Source of the DNA: the human T2T-CHM13v2.0 reference genome, Homo sapiens
Assembly (NCBI RefSeq): GCF_009914755.1
Contig: NC_060928.1
DNA length: 64,000 nt
Direction: 5' to 3' (one strand)
The notes beneath the pieces were generated by a model. The model made no database searches, was not told the DNA's origin, and was given only the letters and a program-made list of their open reading frames with translations. Shown piece after piece: positions 1 through 13,564 of the stretch. Position 1 is the first letter of the stretch; each line of letters starts with the position of its first letter. Position numbers and translations under genes: made by a program.

Positions 1-202
1 CCTTATCCAATGGCAGTCATCTTCCAAGCCTACTCTGTACCTGTCTTTGGGCTTTGTGTTGCAAGAGAAATATAAAAAATCTTTCTTTAAACCTCTGCAA
101 GTTGGATTTTCTATTACTTCTAACAGAATACATTCCTTAGTTGATTCACTCATACAATCAGAATCCTGGAAGATAGGACTATTCCAGAAGTGGCTAATTC
201 AG

Positions 203-289
203 TTCAACAAAGTCAACAGAAATTCAACAAAGTTGAATTCAACAAAGTCATCAGAAATTGAGGTTCAACAAAGTCATCAGAAATTGAGG
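203..289. repeat. Short imperfect tandem repeat (ttcaacaaagt x4)
   Basis: ttcaacaaagt at 203, 223, 238, 264; last two 26-bp units ttcaacaaagtcatcagaaattgagg are identical. Confidence 0.9.
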
Positions 290-593
290 GTCTTGCCATT
301 TTTCTACTTCATAGTTGCTTGATGCTTGTGGCAGCTTCAGACATCATATCCTTTCATACTAATGTGAAGAGAGAGGGAAAATAAAGAAATGTTTCCGTCC
401 TGGTCTTTTTTGAGAGAAGAAAAATGTTTTGAAGTTCCTCAGCCTACTTCTTATGTCTCATCAGACAGAATTTGGTCAGTGTCCACACCAAACTAAATGT
501 TTGCCAAGGGGGATAAATAACCATGGCTGGCTCTGGCCAATCAGGAGTCACTGCTGGGGATGGAGATGGGTCCTGTCTTCCCAGAAGGAAATA

Positions 594-1390
594 TTAGGTT
601 GGTGCAAAAGTAATTGTGGTTTTGTAACTGCCCAGTGAGATCACCTTGACCACGGCCTAGGCAGAGCCGATTTGTCAAGACAAGGGAATTGCAATGGTGA
701 AAGAATAATTCACGCAAAGCCAGCTGTGCGGGAGACTGGAGTTTTATTATTACTCAAATCAGTCTATACGAGCATTCGGACATTAGAGTCTTTAGGGATA
801 ATTTGGTGGGTATGGGCTCCAAAAGTGGGAAGTGCTGATTGGTCAGGTTGAAGATAAAATCATAGGGGATCGAAGTAAGTTCCTCTTGCTGACTTTGGGG
901 TGGGATCACAGAACTGGTTGAGCCAGATTCACAGTCTGAGTGGTGTCATCTGCTGCAGGGTCTGCAAAATATTTCAAGCACTGATCTTAGGTTTTACAAC
1001 AGTGATTTTAGTCCCAGGAGCAACTTGGGGAGGTTCAGACTCTTTCAGTCAGAGGCTGCATAGCCCCTAAACCATGATACCTAATCTTGTAGCTGATTTG
1101 TTAGTCCTACAAAGGCAGACTGGTCCCCAGGCAAGAAGGGGTTTTTCAGGAAATGGCTATTATCCATTTTGTTTCAGAGTTTAAACTATAAGCTAAATTC
1201 CTTCCCATGGCCAGTTCAGCCTACACCCACGAATGAACAAGGACGGTTTAGAGGTTCGAAGGAAGATGGGGTCGGTTAGGTCTGATCTCTCTCCCTGACA
1301 TAATTTCCTCAGTTATGATTTTTTTCAAAAGTGGTTTGTTTTTGCCTTTTTTTAATTGCAAAGACCTCAATTACTTTTGCACCAATGTAA
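594..1390. mobile_element. MADE1 (Hsmar1-derived MITE) split in two by an LTR
   Basis: TA + ttaggttggtgcaaaagtaattgtggttt (594-622) and the inverted arm caattacttttgcaccaatgtaa + TA (to 1390). Confidence 0.85.
623..1337 (-). mobile_element. Solo ERV1 LTR (LTR8/LTR8A-like)
   Basis: Starts tgtaactgcccagtgagatcacc...cagagccgatttgtcaagacaagggaattgcaatgg, contains ggagttttattattactcaaatcagtc, ends ctcagttatgattttttcaaaagtggttt; ~715 bp. Confidence 0.8.
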
Positions 1391-2505
1391 TAGCTACTTG
1401 GAGGCCAATTAACAAAATCAAGTTTCTGTTAGAAGGAAGAGGTGGGGAAATGGATAAAGGCTGTTGGCATAGCAACTGACAGTGTCTAGTGGTGAAATAC
1501 TGCTGGCTTCTTTGACCTGAGTCACTTTCATGGGTTCTTACACCACTTAGGAGAGAAAGTTCCTCAGTGATATATTGGATATTCTGGTAATTTGACATGT
1601 GGAAACTTAAACTAATTTTTATTTGGGAAAGTTAATTAAATTGGTAAATGAATGTTATGTAACTTTATAGAATGGTGCAGGATGATGAACCCCAGCCTAA
1701 CACAAATAAAGCTAGAGTTAGAAAAGTTATTTTATTTTAAAAAATAATCATTAAAGATTTGTCACGAAACAGTCCTTGCAGAAGACTTACTTTCACTTTA
1801 CCTTTTGAATAACCTTATCTTTTTGGAGAATAATTGCATTCTAGGGCAGATACCTTAATATAAATATCTGAAAAATGAGAGGCCACCTAGAAATGAGAAG
1901 AAAGTTGAATGATATGACATCCTAGCCATTGTTTGTTTTTAAGGTGAAGATGTGAAGTGGCTCTTAATTAAATTTTGCAGAGTTTTGCTGAGAAATTTTA
2001 TCTCTGCCCTCAGATTTATTCCCAGCTTCAGTGGTTTGTAAGGATGACTGAAGAGCCTGGTCACCTCAGAGCTGTGAGGGCTGGGCTCAGAAGAACACAA
2101 AGAAGGACCCCAGTGATTTATGATTAGAAGAGTATTTTTTAAATATTTACAAATGAATAGAACTAGATAACTATAACATGAATAAATAAGGTAGGCCTAG
2201 CTGAGCAAAATTATGAGACAGACTGTAATAAACAATGTGTGTTTATTTCGGAAAGATCAACTTGAAAAGGTGGGCATGTTGAGTCTAGCTATCACTCAAG
2301 GTAGAATTAACAATAGTCACTTTTTGCTTTATAAAGATATTAAGTTGTCCGATTCTTAGTGGTTCCTGGTAGCAGTTTATATAAATTCCTTAAAGATCTG
2401 CATCGGCATATTTATTATAGGAGATGCCCTTTCCCACTAGAATGTACCTATGGGATTTAGGGATGTTTTATCCATTTCAAAAATCATTTTCTTATCCTTC
2501 AGTTC

Positions 2506-3624
2506 TTATCCCTTAGATATAGAATCATGTCCTCTGCAAACAGGGATAGTTTGACTTCTGTTCTTCCTATTTGGATACCATTTATTTCTTTCTTTTGGCT
2601 TATTGCTCTGGCCAGGACTTCCAATTACTCTGTTGAATAGGAGTGGTGAGAGAGGGCATCCTTGTCTTGTGTCAGTTTTCAAGGGCAATGCTTCCAGCTT
2701 TTTCTCATTTAGTATGTTGTTGTCTGTGGGTTTGTCATATATGGCTCTTATTATTTTGAGGTATGTTCCTTCAATACCTAGTTTATTGAGGGGGTTGAAC
2801 ATGAGGAGATGTTGAATATTATTGAAAGCCTTTCTGCATCTATTGAGATGATCCATGTCATTTTTCTTTAGTTCTATTTATATGATGAATCACATGTATT
2901 GATTTGCATATTTTGAAACAACCTTGTCCCCCAGGGATAAAGCCTACTCAATTGCGGTGGGTTAGCCTTTTGCTGTGCTGCTGGATTCAGTTTGCAAGTA
3001 TTCTGTTGAGGATTTTTGCATCAATGTTCATCAAGGATATTGGCCTGAAATCTTCTTTTTTTCTTTTGTCTCCGCCAAGTTTTAGTATCAGGATGATGCT
3101 GAGCTCATAGAATGGGTTAGGAAGGAATGCCTCCATCTCAATTTTTTGGAATAGTTTCAGTAGAAATGGTACCAACTCTTCTTTGTACATCTGGTATAAC
3201 TCAGCTGTAAATTCATCTGGTCCTGGACATTTTTTGGTTGGTAGACTATTACTAATTCAACTTCCAGAGATGGTTATTGATCTGTTCAGGGAATCAATTT
3301 CCTCCTGGTTCAGTCTTGGGAGGGTGTCTGTGTCCAGCAATTTATCCATCTCTTCTAGGTTTTCTAGTTTGTGCTCATAGAGGTTTTTGTAGTAGCCTCT
3401 GATAGTTATTTTTATTTCTGTGGTCTCAGTGGTAACATCCCCTTTGTTGTTTCTGATTGTGTTTATTTGGATCTTCTCTCCTTTCTCCTATTAATCTAGC
3501 TAGCAGCCTATCTTATTAAAAAACCAACTCCTGGATTCATTGACCTTTTGAATTTTTTGTTTGTGTGTGTGTCCTGATATCCTTCAGTTTATCTCTGATT
3601 TTGATTATTTCTTGTCTTCCGCTA
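2506..3624 (-). mobile_element. Internal LINE-1 ORF2 (RT region) fragment, older L1P, truncated at both ends
   Basis: Translations [22 protein letters not shown]...[13 protein letters not shown] and [20 protein letters not shown]; no 3' UTR or poly(A). Confidence 0.92.
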
Positions 3625-3990
3625 TATCTTGTTTAATTGTTATGTGAGCTGCATGCACCTAGGAATATAATCTGTGGTGTTGGTTCTATTTTCTTTTACT
3701 AGTTATACAATTTCACTTTAGACAAGCTTATAACCATTTTGTCTGTGAATTTTTTCATTAGAAGACATGTAATTGCAATATTGTTTTCAAAATGAATAAC
3801 TAATATCATTGCATTGCTTTATTAATGCTATGCACACTTTGGCTTTAAAAAATCATTTCTTCATATATTATTGCACTTACAAATATAGCTTTAGTTGAAT
3901 CATTGACTATTAAACACCAAGTGATCAAGTGTTGTCAATTAAAAAGGCCCTTAAATCAAAGCAGCCTTTCCTCTACCTTCCCTTTGAAAG

Positions 3991-4163
3991 AAGCTACGAA
4001 AATTAAAGGACATGCAATGTACTTCTATCCAATATGAAAGTAATAGATCTCTGGAAAATTATTTTAATAGTCTATAGAGAGAGTCTTATTAAGATCAAGA
4101 TCAAAGCAGCTTCATGGCTGCCTTAGAATATGTATCAGTACACTTTGCTGCTGAGTGAAAAAA
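3991..4163 (+). pseudogene. Candidate fossil exon (RGS C-terminal helix-like)
   Basis: Acceptor cctttcctctaccttccctttgaaag, donor aa|gtgagt; frame KLRKLKDMQCTSIQYESNRSLENYFNSL*RESY*DQDQSSFMAALEYVSVHFAAE*K. Confidence 0.4.
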
Positions 4164-5143
4164 GTGAGTTATAACAACAGCATGTAGAGGCAACACCATT
4201 TTGTTTTGTTTTTAAAAATGCTTCCACATATGTAAAAATTATGCATAGAAAGACCATTATGAAATACATTAAAATGAACCTTTTTAAAGTGGAAAAAAAG
4301 AGATATATGTCAGTAACAAGCATCAGTTTTATTTTTCTGTGTCTGTATAGACATAAATTCTAGAAGTTTCCATGTATTTTGTTGTAAGGCTACCTAGAAT
4401 ACACACCAATAATTAGACCGAACAAAGACACAGTTTACACAACTGAATATTGTCAATTTTCAGTGGTAGAAAGTATAACCAAGAATAGAATAGCAAAAAT
4501 GACAAAACAAAAACATAAATTTTAAATCTTAAAAGTTATGTTTATCAGAGTTATGCTATTCCTTATTATTATATCTGAAGATGAGTACAATATTGGTAGG
4601 CAAGAATGTGAGATAGCTTATTATTGTGTTTAGTATTCCCTCGTGTGAAATAATATTGGCATTTACATTCATAGGAGCACTGTAGTTTTTATTTTTGTTA
4701 AAACTCAGTAACAAGCACATTTGTAATATGAAAGAGTTGGGTTCATTTCGCTTTACATAAAAGCAACTTCATACGCAGAGCTCATTAATTTATCCTCAAA
4801 CCATGTATAAATTATTGAACCAGTCTTGTTTTGCTAGATAAGTGGAATATGAAAATGAGATCTCAACAGGCAATATTTATTAATTTCTATGAAGTCTTTA
4901 TATATTTCTCTTCTACTTCTTAAAGATACAGAGGGAATTCCAGCATTTCTGATTTATTAAGGAATGAGTACAATCCAGTTAACCAAAAACTTTAGAGCAG
5001 GAGTTGAATTTTAAGATTTCTTTAATTTGGTTTGCCTTGGATTATCTCATAAGAACATGATTTTTAATTCATTTATATGCTTTCATATGTGGATTCATCC
5101 CCTTTGTTCTTTGATTTTGTCTTTTTATTTAAGAAAACATCCT

Positions 5144-5449
5144 GGTGGGGCGCAGTGGCTCACGCCTGTAATCCCAGCACTTTGGGAGGCAAGGCGGGCA
5201 GATCACGAGGTCAGGAGATCGAGACCATCCTGGCCAACATGGTGAAACCCCGTCTGTACTAAAATACAAAAGAAAAAAAAAAAAGAAAAGGAAAAAAATT
5301 AGCTGGGCCTGGTGGCATGCACCTGTATGTAGTCCCAGCTACTTGGGAGGCTGAGGCAGGAGAATCGCTTGAACTCGGGAGCAAAGGTTGCAGTGAGCCG
5401 AGATCACACCACTGTACTCCAGCCTGGTGACAGAGTGAAACTCTGTCTC

Positions 5450-5497
<48 letters not shown>

Positions 5498-5500
5498 GAA
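5144..5500 (+). mobile_element. Full-length Alu (AluSc-like)
   Basis: gatcacgaggtcaggagatcgagaccatcctggccaacatgg; expanded A-rich linker; 38-A tail; TSD aagaa(a/g)acatcct at 5131-5143 and 5501-5513. Confidence 0.97.
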
Positions 5501-5689
5501 AAGAAGACATCCTTCATGAATTACTGATTTCTTAGATTATGTGTTCGTTTGCTCTTTCTCCTGATATTTACAAAGAGGTTTTTTCCAGAAAATGATATTA
5601 TGAGATTCCTAGAAATAATTGAATTGGCAGATAATTCAGGAAGATGTGAAAAATATATATTAATAACAAGTTGGAAAAATTCAATGTAT

Positions 5690-6380
5690 ATAATGACACC
5701 AAGCATTAGTGAGGATGTGGGAGAAGATGAAACCATATACATGTTCATTGGAGTGTGAATTGGTTTCACCATTTTGGAGAGCAATTTGGGAGTATCTTGC
5801 AAATTAAAAGATGTACACACCTTACCATCTCACTCTTGGATTTCTCTACCCTAGAAAAACCAAGGTACTTTTGCAGAGAGAAATTATTTGAGCAAGTTCG
5901 TAACAAGGGAAACAATCCACTTAACAATGAATAAATATATAAATCATGGTTTATTCAGACAATTACAATGCAAGTTTTATAATGAATGATCCAGATCTAC
6001 ATGAATAAACATGATTAAAAAATGCAATGCTGAGTTTTTAAAAAAGTTGAAAGGAATCTTAAAGTATAATACATTCATTTAAATGTTAAACATAGTTTTA
6101 TTTATGGATGCTACATACATAATAAATGTACAAAACTGTCCATGAAAATAATGCACACCAGCTTTAGAATAATGGTTACCTCTGGGAAGGACGATGGTAG
6201 GTTGAAGATATGATGTACCTGTGACATTTCATTTTTAAGAAGACAAAGTGAGCAAATTAAAGCAAAGAAAGCCAAATATTAACATGGGTTTAATCTTAGC
6301 ATTTTAACAATGTTATACCTACAGGTGTCTTTCACATTATCTTCTGTACTCCTTTATATGTTTAAATGGTTTCATCATGA
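5690..6380 (+). mobile_element. Old L1M (L1ME-like) 3' fragment
   Basis: accaagcattagtgaggatgtgggag...ccattttggagagcaatttgg and ggttacctctggg motifs; highly diverged. Confidence 0.6.
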
Positions 6381-6649
6381 AAAAGAAAAAAATTCCTAAG
6401 TGTTCACTCTGTGAATGGCTGCATCCAACCAAGTGAATGTAATTCCCTTAGTGGGCAGAATTGAAGTAGGGGAATTGAAGAGGCTTTCTCCTAAGCTAGG
6501 CATGGAGTAGCTAAAGGAATTAATTTGTCAGTGAATGAACTTTGAAAGTGGCTATTCTCATGTGAACTTAATCTATTCTGATATAGTCTTCTTTAAGAAA
6601 GAAAAACTTGAGCAGTTAACTTCTTTAACACTCCTGTATCTGCAGTAAT

Positions 6650-6810
6650 AAAAATAATGATAATATTATATAAGAACTTTATATTCAGGTTCTACTCAAT
6701 GATTTATATATTTTCTCATCTAATTCTCACAATGTCTCTATGAAGTAGTTGCTATTATAAACCACATTAAAAGATGGGCTAAAGTGCTTTTCCCATTCAC
6801 ATAGCAGAGT
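6650..6810 (-). mobile_element. MIR fragment
   Basis: tctcatctaattctcacaatgtctctatgaagtagttgctattat core. Confidence 0.55.
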
Positions 6811-7158
6811 TAGTATATTACTGACAAGAGTAACCACGAGAATCATTTACTCTGAGAACAAAAAATTAATAAGTAAATAAAGAAAATATTAGGGAAAATG
6901 GGGATGATCCTGTCAACATTCCTTCACTCTCATTTAATAGTGAACTCCGCATTCAGTTGCCATCAGTATAGTTTCAAAATTAAGGAAGATTATGCTTATA
7001 CACTAACAGACCCTGTATTGTTCCTTTTCAATATTAAATAGAATAATATTTCTTTTTGTTTTAGTGTTAGTAACTTCAAAAATAGTTTTCTAGAATATGA
7101 AAACATGGATTTTTATTAATAATCAGCTATTTGAATAGAAAAGTCATGGCTACTTCTT

Positions 7159-7318
7159 TTTTTATTCTTTGAGACAGAGTCTTCTTCTGTCATCCGGCTG
7201 GAGTGCAGTGGCGTAATTTCAGTTCACTGGAATCTCCACCTCTTGGTTCAAGCAATTCTCATGCCTCAGCCTCCGGAGAAACTGGGATTACAGGTGTGCA
7301 CCACCATGTCTTGTTAAT
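7159..7318 (-). mobile_element. 5'-truncated Alu (right arm only)
   Basis: Poly-T, gagacagagtc...ggagtgcagtgg...gggattacagg; TSD atggctacttctt at 7146-7158 and 7319-7331. Confidence 0.9.
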
Positions 7319-7764
7319 ATGGCTACTTCTTAATTTCCTTCCAGCTCATAAAATTTCTGTGTTCACATAGTTAGATTGGTTAGATACTAATTCTACCTTT
7401 GAAAAATAATAATCATTTTATAAAGAAATAGAAATTTGCTCATTTGAGCATTTAAAGGATTTTCAAATTGAGAAACTGTGTAGGTAGAGTTTTGATATAA
7501 TAAAGTCAAAGCAGAAAGATTTCCTAAAATATTCTTCAAGTGTATTTATTTTTCTTGGAAATAAGAAAATCTAATGGGGATGAGATGAAATTTTGCGGTA
7601 AGTTGACTAGTTTTCTGAAGTTATTTGAGAATAGGCTTAATTTTTTTAAAGAATTAATTGTAGCTAAATTTATCAAGCCATCAAATGTTCCAATAAGCAA
7701 TGGTTAATTTCCAGGCATTGAGCTCTGCCTCTTTACAGAAAAGGTCTCATGTAGCCCTGACAAC

Positions 7765-7925
7765 ATTTTAAGGTGGGTATTTTTACACTCACTTTACAGA
7801 TGGGAAAACTGAGGATATGAGAGGTCACATAAAGGGTTCAAGGTTGTACAGCTTGCAAATAGCAGAGTCATGATTCAATCTAGAATAGGGTTTGAATCCA
7901 TGCTCTCAACTCTGCTGTACTATCT
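7765..7925 (-). mobile_element. MIR fragment
   Basis: cactttacagatgggaaaactgagg...aaggttgtacagcttgcaaatagcagag. Confidence 0.7.
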
Positions 7926-8204
7926 CCCTCAGGCTGTTAAGAAGAACTCTGTGTAAAACCTTCATAACTGATTTCAGGAAAAGCAGGCGAATCTGAGCTC
8001 TGAAACCTGCCATCCTGTTTTATGGCAGGTTGAGCACATGCTGCTTCTTGATGAGAAACAGTCACACAGATAGGAATAGTAACCTAAGAGCAAATCAATA
8101 AGGGAGTTTGAAAGATGGAGACAGAGTTTAATGGAAAAATGTCTTTGGCTTGGAAGACATGCTAGGGATCTGTAATTTGTTTTTCTTCTTTTTTATCCAT
8201 AAAA

Positions 8205-8268
8205 ATATTTGAGGAGTAGTATTCCGAATTATTTTCCAGACAGAGAAATTGTAAAAGACTGCCAGAGA
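8205..8268 (+). pseudogene. Candidate fossil exon
   Basis: Long pyrimidine tract with no intact AG, donor ga|gtgagt; open (K)YLRSSIPNYFPDREIVKDCQR, phase-compatible with 3991-4163 if the acceptor AG was lost by mutation. Confidence 0.35.
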
Positions 8269-9429
8269 GTGAGTGAAGTTGGGTTCAGAATAAAGTGTTT
8301 TATTATTACAAAAGCAATATGTGCACATGTTAGAAAGCTAGAAAATATTGATAATCAAAGAAAATAATAGAAACTTAGAAATTTATAACCCTCATTGAGT
8401 GGTAAACACCATCATTACCTTGGTGTTCACAACTCTACATACATTCTTTAAGAATCAAATCATGCCATGCAAAAGCTACTTGATTGTAGCTTTTTTAAAG
8501 TTTAAAAGCATATATTTTTATTCTTTAAGGCATCAATGGAGCTATAGAAATGTCAATACAATATATGTATATCCTTGATATTTTTGACATTTCCATAAAA
8601 CTCACTCACCTCAATACAGCATTATTTTCTTCTGTTCTCTATTTAAGATAGTTCATCATAATGATGACCTGACACTTGATGCCAGCTTCTTGGTGCATGT
8701 CAGGACTTTCATGAATTGAACAGTAAACGTGACAAATCAGTATCAATCATGATTCTTCTTCCAGGTTGGAAGGCTAAGCCAGGGCCCAAGTTAAAACAGA
8801 GTCAACCATAATTTCTGAAAGATAAAAGAGAGCCTACAGGGTATATATTTTACACATGAGGAAAGTGAAGACCCCCCCCAGATAATGTCCAAGGCCACAC
8901 AACTATTACTAGTTATTGGTGAGAGAGCATGGTGAAATCCACCTGGCCTAACATCTAACCCATTGCTCTTTCATGTGCTGCATACTATCTCCCAGTAAGG
9001 ATCCCATCTCATGAGATTGGAAGATAGAGTACTGTGTGATCTAGCCTTATTAGAGGCAATGTTTCCAACCTCCAGACTCATGGCCCTGAAGAAATTGGGA
9101 ACATATCTACAATTATAAAACCCCATAAGGCATAGTAATTGTCTCCATTACACTTTAATAAAAGTCTTTTCTAACATGGGAAGAGCGGAATGCTCATTAG
9201 TAGATCTTAGGATTTAGGACAGCCATTGAAGGGGGTTTTTATTTCCTTTGTAAAGTCTGACTGGGCTATGAGGCATGGTGAGAGTTTGAGATAGAGGAAT
9301 GAAAGCAGACCAGAAGCTGGCCAGAAAATAGCTAAAGATTTAACTTCACCAATAGGCATGTTTCTTTTCCTCATCCCCTCTCTGTCAGTTGTCATTATTA
9401 TCTTTGCCCATTACTAAGAATTTTACAAA

Positions 9430-9680
9430 ATATAACATATGTCATGCCTATTATAGACATTGAGCTCAGTGCTTTCATATGCATTATGTTATTTAATGTT
9501 ATGAATCAAATTATGTTATTCACACTGTACAGATTAGCAAACTGAGGCTTGACCTCAGTAATGTTAATACTAACCTTACGTAATTTGGTCAAGGACCTCC
9601 AATCCTAGCTGATAATTAATCTAGGATTCTAACTTGTCTTTGGGTGTCCAGAGCCCATGCTGTTTACAATCTGGTACGCT
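9430..9680 (-). mobile_element. MIR
   Basis: gtgctttcatatgcattatgttatttaat...tacagattagcaaactgaggctt. Confidence 0.6.
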
Positions 9681-10307
9681 ATTCTTCTGATAAACATCCA
9701 GGAAGGGTTGAGGTCCCAAAATCCAAGTCAGAGTACAGAGCAAGATTGAAAGTGTTCTGTATGGTGGCATGAGAAGAGGGGTAAAAGCTGGGGCACATGG
9801 GATTTAAGGTAAAGAGCTTTCTTCTGGTTCACATTGTCCAGGACTAAGGAATTTGATTTCTCTGACCATCCCTGAGGCCATGCCCTGGGAGTAGGGTTAG
9901 AAGGGTCCCCCAGGCTGAGGGTCAGGTCTGTACTTTTTGTCCAGCCGCAAACATAGATGAAAATTAGGAATCAGAGAAGAAACCTCTAGGATTAATGCTA
10001 GATGCTCATGGAGGTACCACAAAGCGTAATTCACTCTGAACCTCCTACACACAGTCATTGATGTAACAGACCTATCACAGAGCTCATTCACTTCCAAATA
10101 CACTGCCAGGTGCTCTCATGGGATTGGAACCTAGAGAGGGTTGAAACTGCTGATGGAAATTCATCAGCCTGGGCTGTTGAGTGAGTTGTAAGACACAGAC
10201 TTCACTTACCGACCGGAGTAGTATTTATATGCACTATTAACAGGGATTTTATGTTCCGTGGAATTGCTTCTCTTTCTCAGTCTAAGTTTATTTTACATAT
10301 ATTTTAG

Positions 10308-10525
10308 AAATATTTGACAACTACTCCAAAAAACAGACAGTGGTGGATCTAAGTCAACGAAGCTTCCATGTTGTATTCAGTTCCTGGCTAATGAGAGATT
10401 TATGTGTGTTCGGTCTCAGGGCAGAGATGAGAATGATGAGGATCTTTCAGCTAAAGAAAACATGTTCAAGTGACAATATAATGGTGAAAGAGTATACTCA
10501 AGCTAATAAATGTCACTCGGAAAAG
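10308..10525 (+). pseudogene. Candidate fossil exon
   Basis: Acceptor ttttacatatattttag; ~73 open codons (IFDNYSKKQTVVDLSQRSFHVV...); alternative frame QGRDENDEDLSAKENMFK looks coding. Confidence 0.3.
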
Positions 10526-10604
10526 TAGTGAGCCAGCTTTATCTCTGTGTTGCCACTGTCAGAGTGTGCACATTTTTGATCTGAATATTTATAGCAATAA
10601 TTTA

Positions 10605-10760
10605 AAAAGTGTGATCCCTAGACCAATAGCATGAGAGTCAACTGGTAACTTGAAAATGCATTCTCAGGCCCCACACCAAACCTACTGAGTTAGAAACTCT
10701 GGAGGTGGGGACGAGTCTTCCAGGAGACTGTGATGCAACAAGTTTGAGAAGCACTGATCT
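10605..10760. mobile_element. MER5A (hAT-Charlie MITE)
   Basis: aaatgcattctcaggccccacacc...ctactgagttagaaactctggaggtgggg...aagtttgagaagcactg. Confidence 0.75.
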
Positions 10761-10784
10761 GCAGCATTATACCATTTAACTGTC

Positions 10785-10955
10785 AGAGCAGCTATATGAG
10801 TTAAGTATGATCATCTTTGTTTTACAGAAGAGAAATTCAAGAAATGTCAAATTAATGAAAAGTGTCATGTCCAAGATCACACAGCTAGTAACTGGCAAAA
10901 TTGAGATTAAAATTCATCGTTATAAGGCTCCAGAATCTATATACCATGCTACTTC
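10785..10955 (-). mobile_element. MIR fragment
   Basis: ttttacagaagagaaa...tgtccaagatcacacagctagtaactggc. Confidence 0.65.
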
Positions 10956-11094
10956 CAGATGATTTTAACTATCAACTGCATTTAATTATTTAATCCATTT
11001 GAACATTTTCTCTAGAGATAATTATATCATATATATTTGATAATATATGTTTATTTTGCTTTTCATGTAGCACTGAAATGATATAATACGCACA

Positions 11095-11641
11095 TGGGGG
11101 AGGCAATAACTCCACTTCCATCCTCTTAGGGTCCCAGTTGGGCTGGAAGATTAAGTTGACACAAGACAGATTAACAGGAAAAAAGCATAAAAATTTATTT
11201 AATTACAGTTTTAGGTGGTACAGGAGCTCTCATAAAGAAGTGAAGACTCAGAGAAGCAGTTAGAGTCTATCACTTACATACTGAATTGGACAAAGAATAG
11301 CAAATTGTGAGATGTGGTATGACAGAGGGGCTTGGGCTAGGGTAGTTAACTGGGTAGAGAACTGACTAGGAAGGTAAGGGTTAATTTAACCAAATTTATC
11401 TGTAAAGATTTCCCTTGGCCTCAACTTCCCATCCTTGATAAGAATGATGCTTTCCTTCTGGTATAGGGAGAACATTTTTTCACATGGGAAATTTATTTCC
11501 TGCTTTTAAAAAGTAGAATGAAGGTCAGAGTGATCTTCCTGCATCTGGTGTTTTTTTTTTTTTTCCTTAAGTACCTTTAGTTGAAAATAGTCAATATGCT
11601 GGAGCAGCATATCTTGGGGTGGCTTGTTCATAACTCCTTCA
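11095..11641 (-). mobile_element. Solo ERV1 LTR (MER34-family)
   Basis: Ends gcatatcttggggtggcttgttcataactccttca (reverse of the TGAAGGAG...GCCACCCCAA start); gacagattaacagg near the other end. Confidence 0.7.
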
Positions 11642-11719
11642 GGAGCCATCTTCTGCATGGAATGATCTGGAAAATCTTTCAGATCAACCACTTCCCTTCT
11701 ATTTCCCTTCAGTTCTTTT

Positions 11720-12900
<1,181 letters not shown>

Positions 12901-12938
12901 GATTATTCTTAATATTATCTTTTTATTTAATGTATCAG

Positions 12939-13564
<626 letters not shown>

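Larger units (their letters stand above)
130..1490 (-). mobile_element. Old MaLR LTR (MLT1J/K-like), interrupted by MADE1 and LTR8
   Basis: MLT1-type terminal block aatcaagtttctgttagaaggaagagg...ggcatagcaactgacagtgtct (~1416-1487) continues the ctggccaatcagg...gggtcctgtcttccc block before 590; boundaries approximate. Confidence 0.55.

Noticed and set aside
203-289. CRISPR-like repeat array
   Set aside because: Primate context, no unique spacers of regular length, no cas genes; simple tandem slippage.
1500-1600. Additional RGS-like fragment (HFHGFLHHLGEKVPQ / WIFW)
   Set aside because: Needs a frameshift, abuts an LTR and has no clear acceptor; too weak to call, although compatible with the fossil-gene hypothesis.
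8004-8031. 10-bp hairpin aacctgccat/atggcaggtt
   Set aside because: Short isolated stem; too small for a pre-miRNA and no supporting context.
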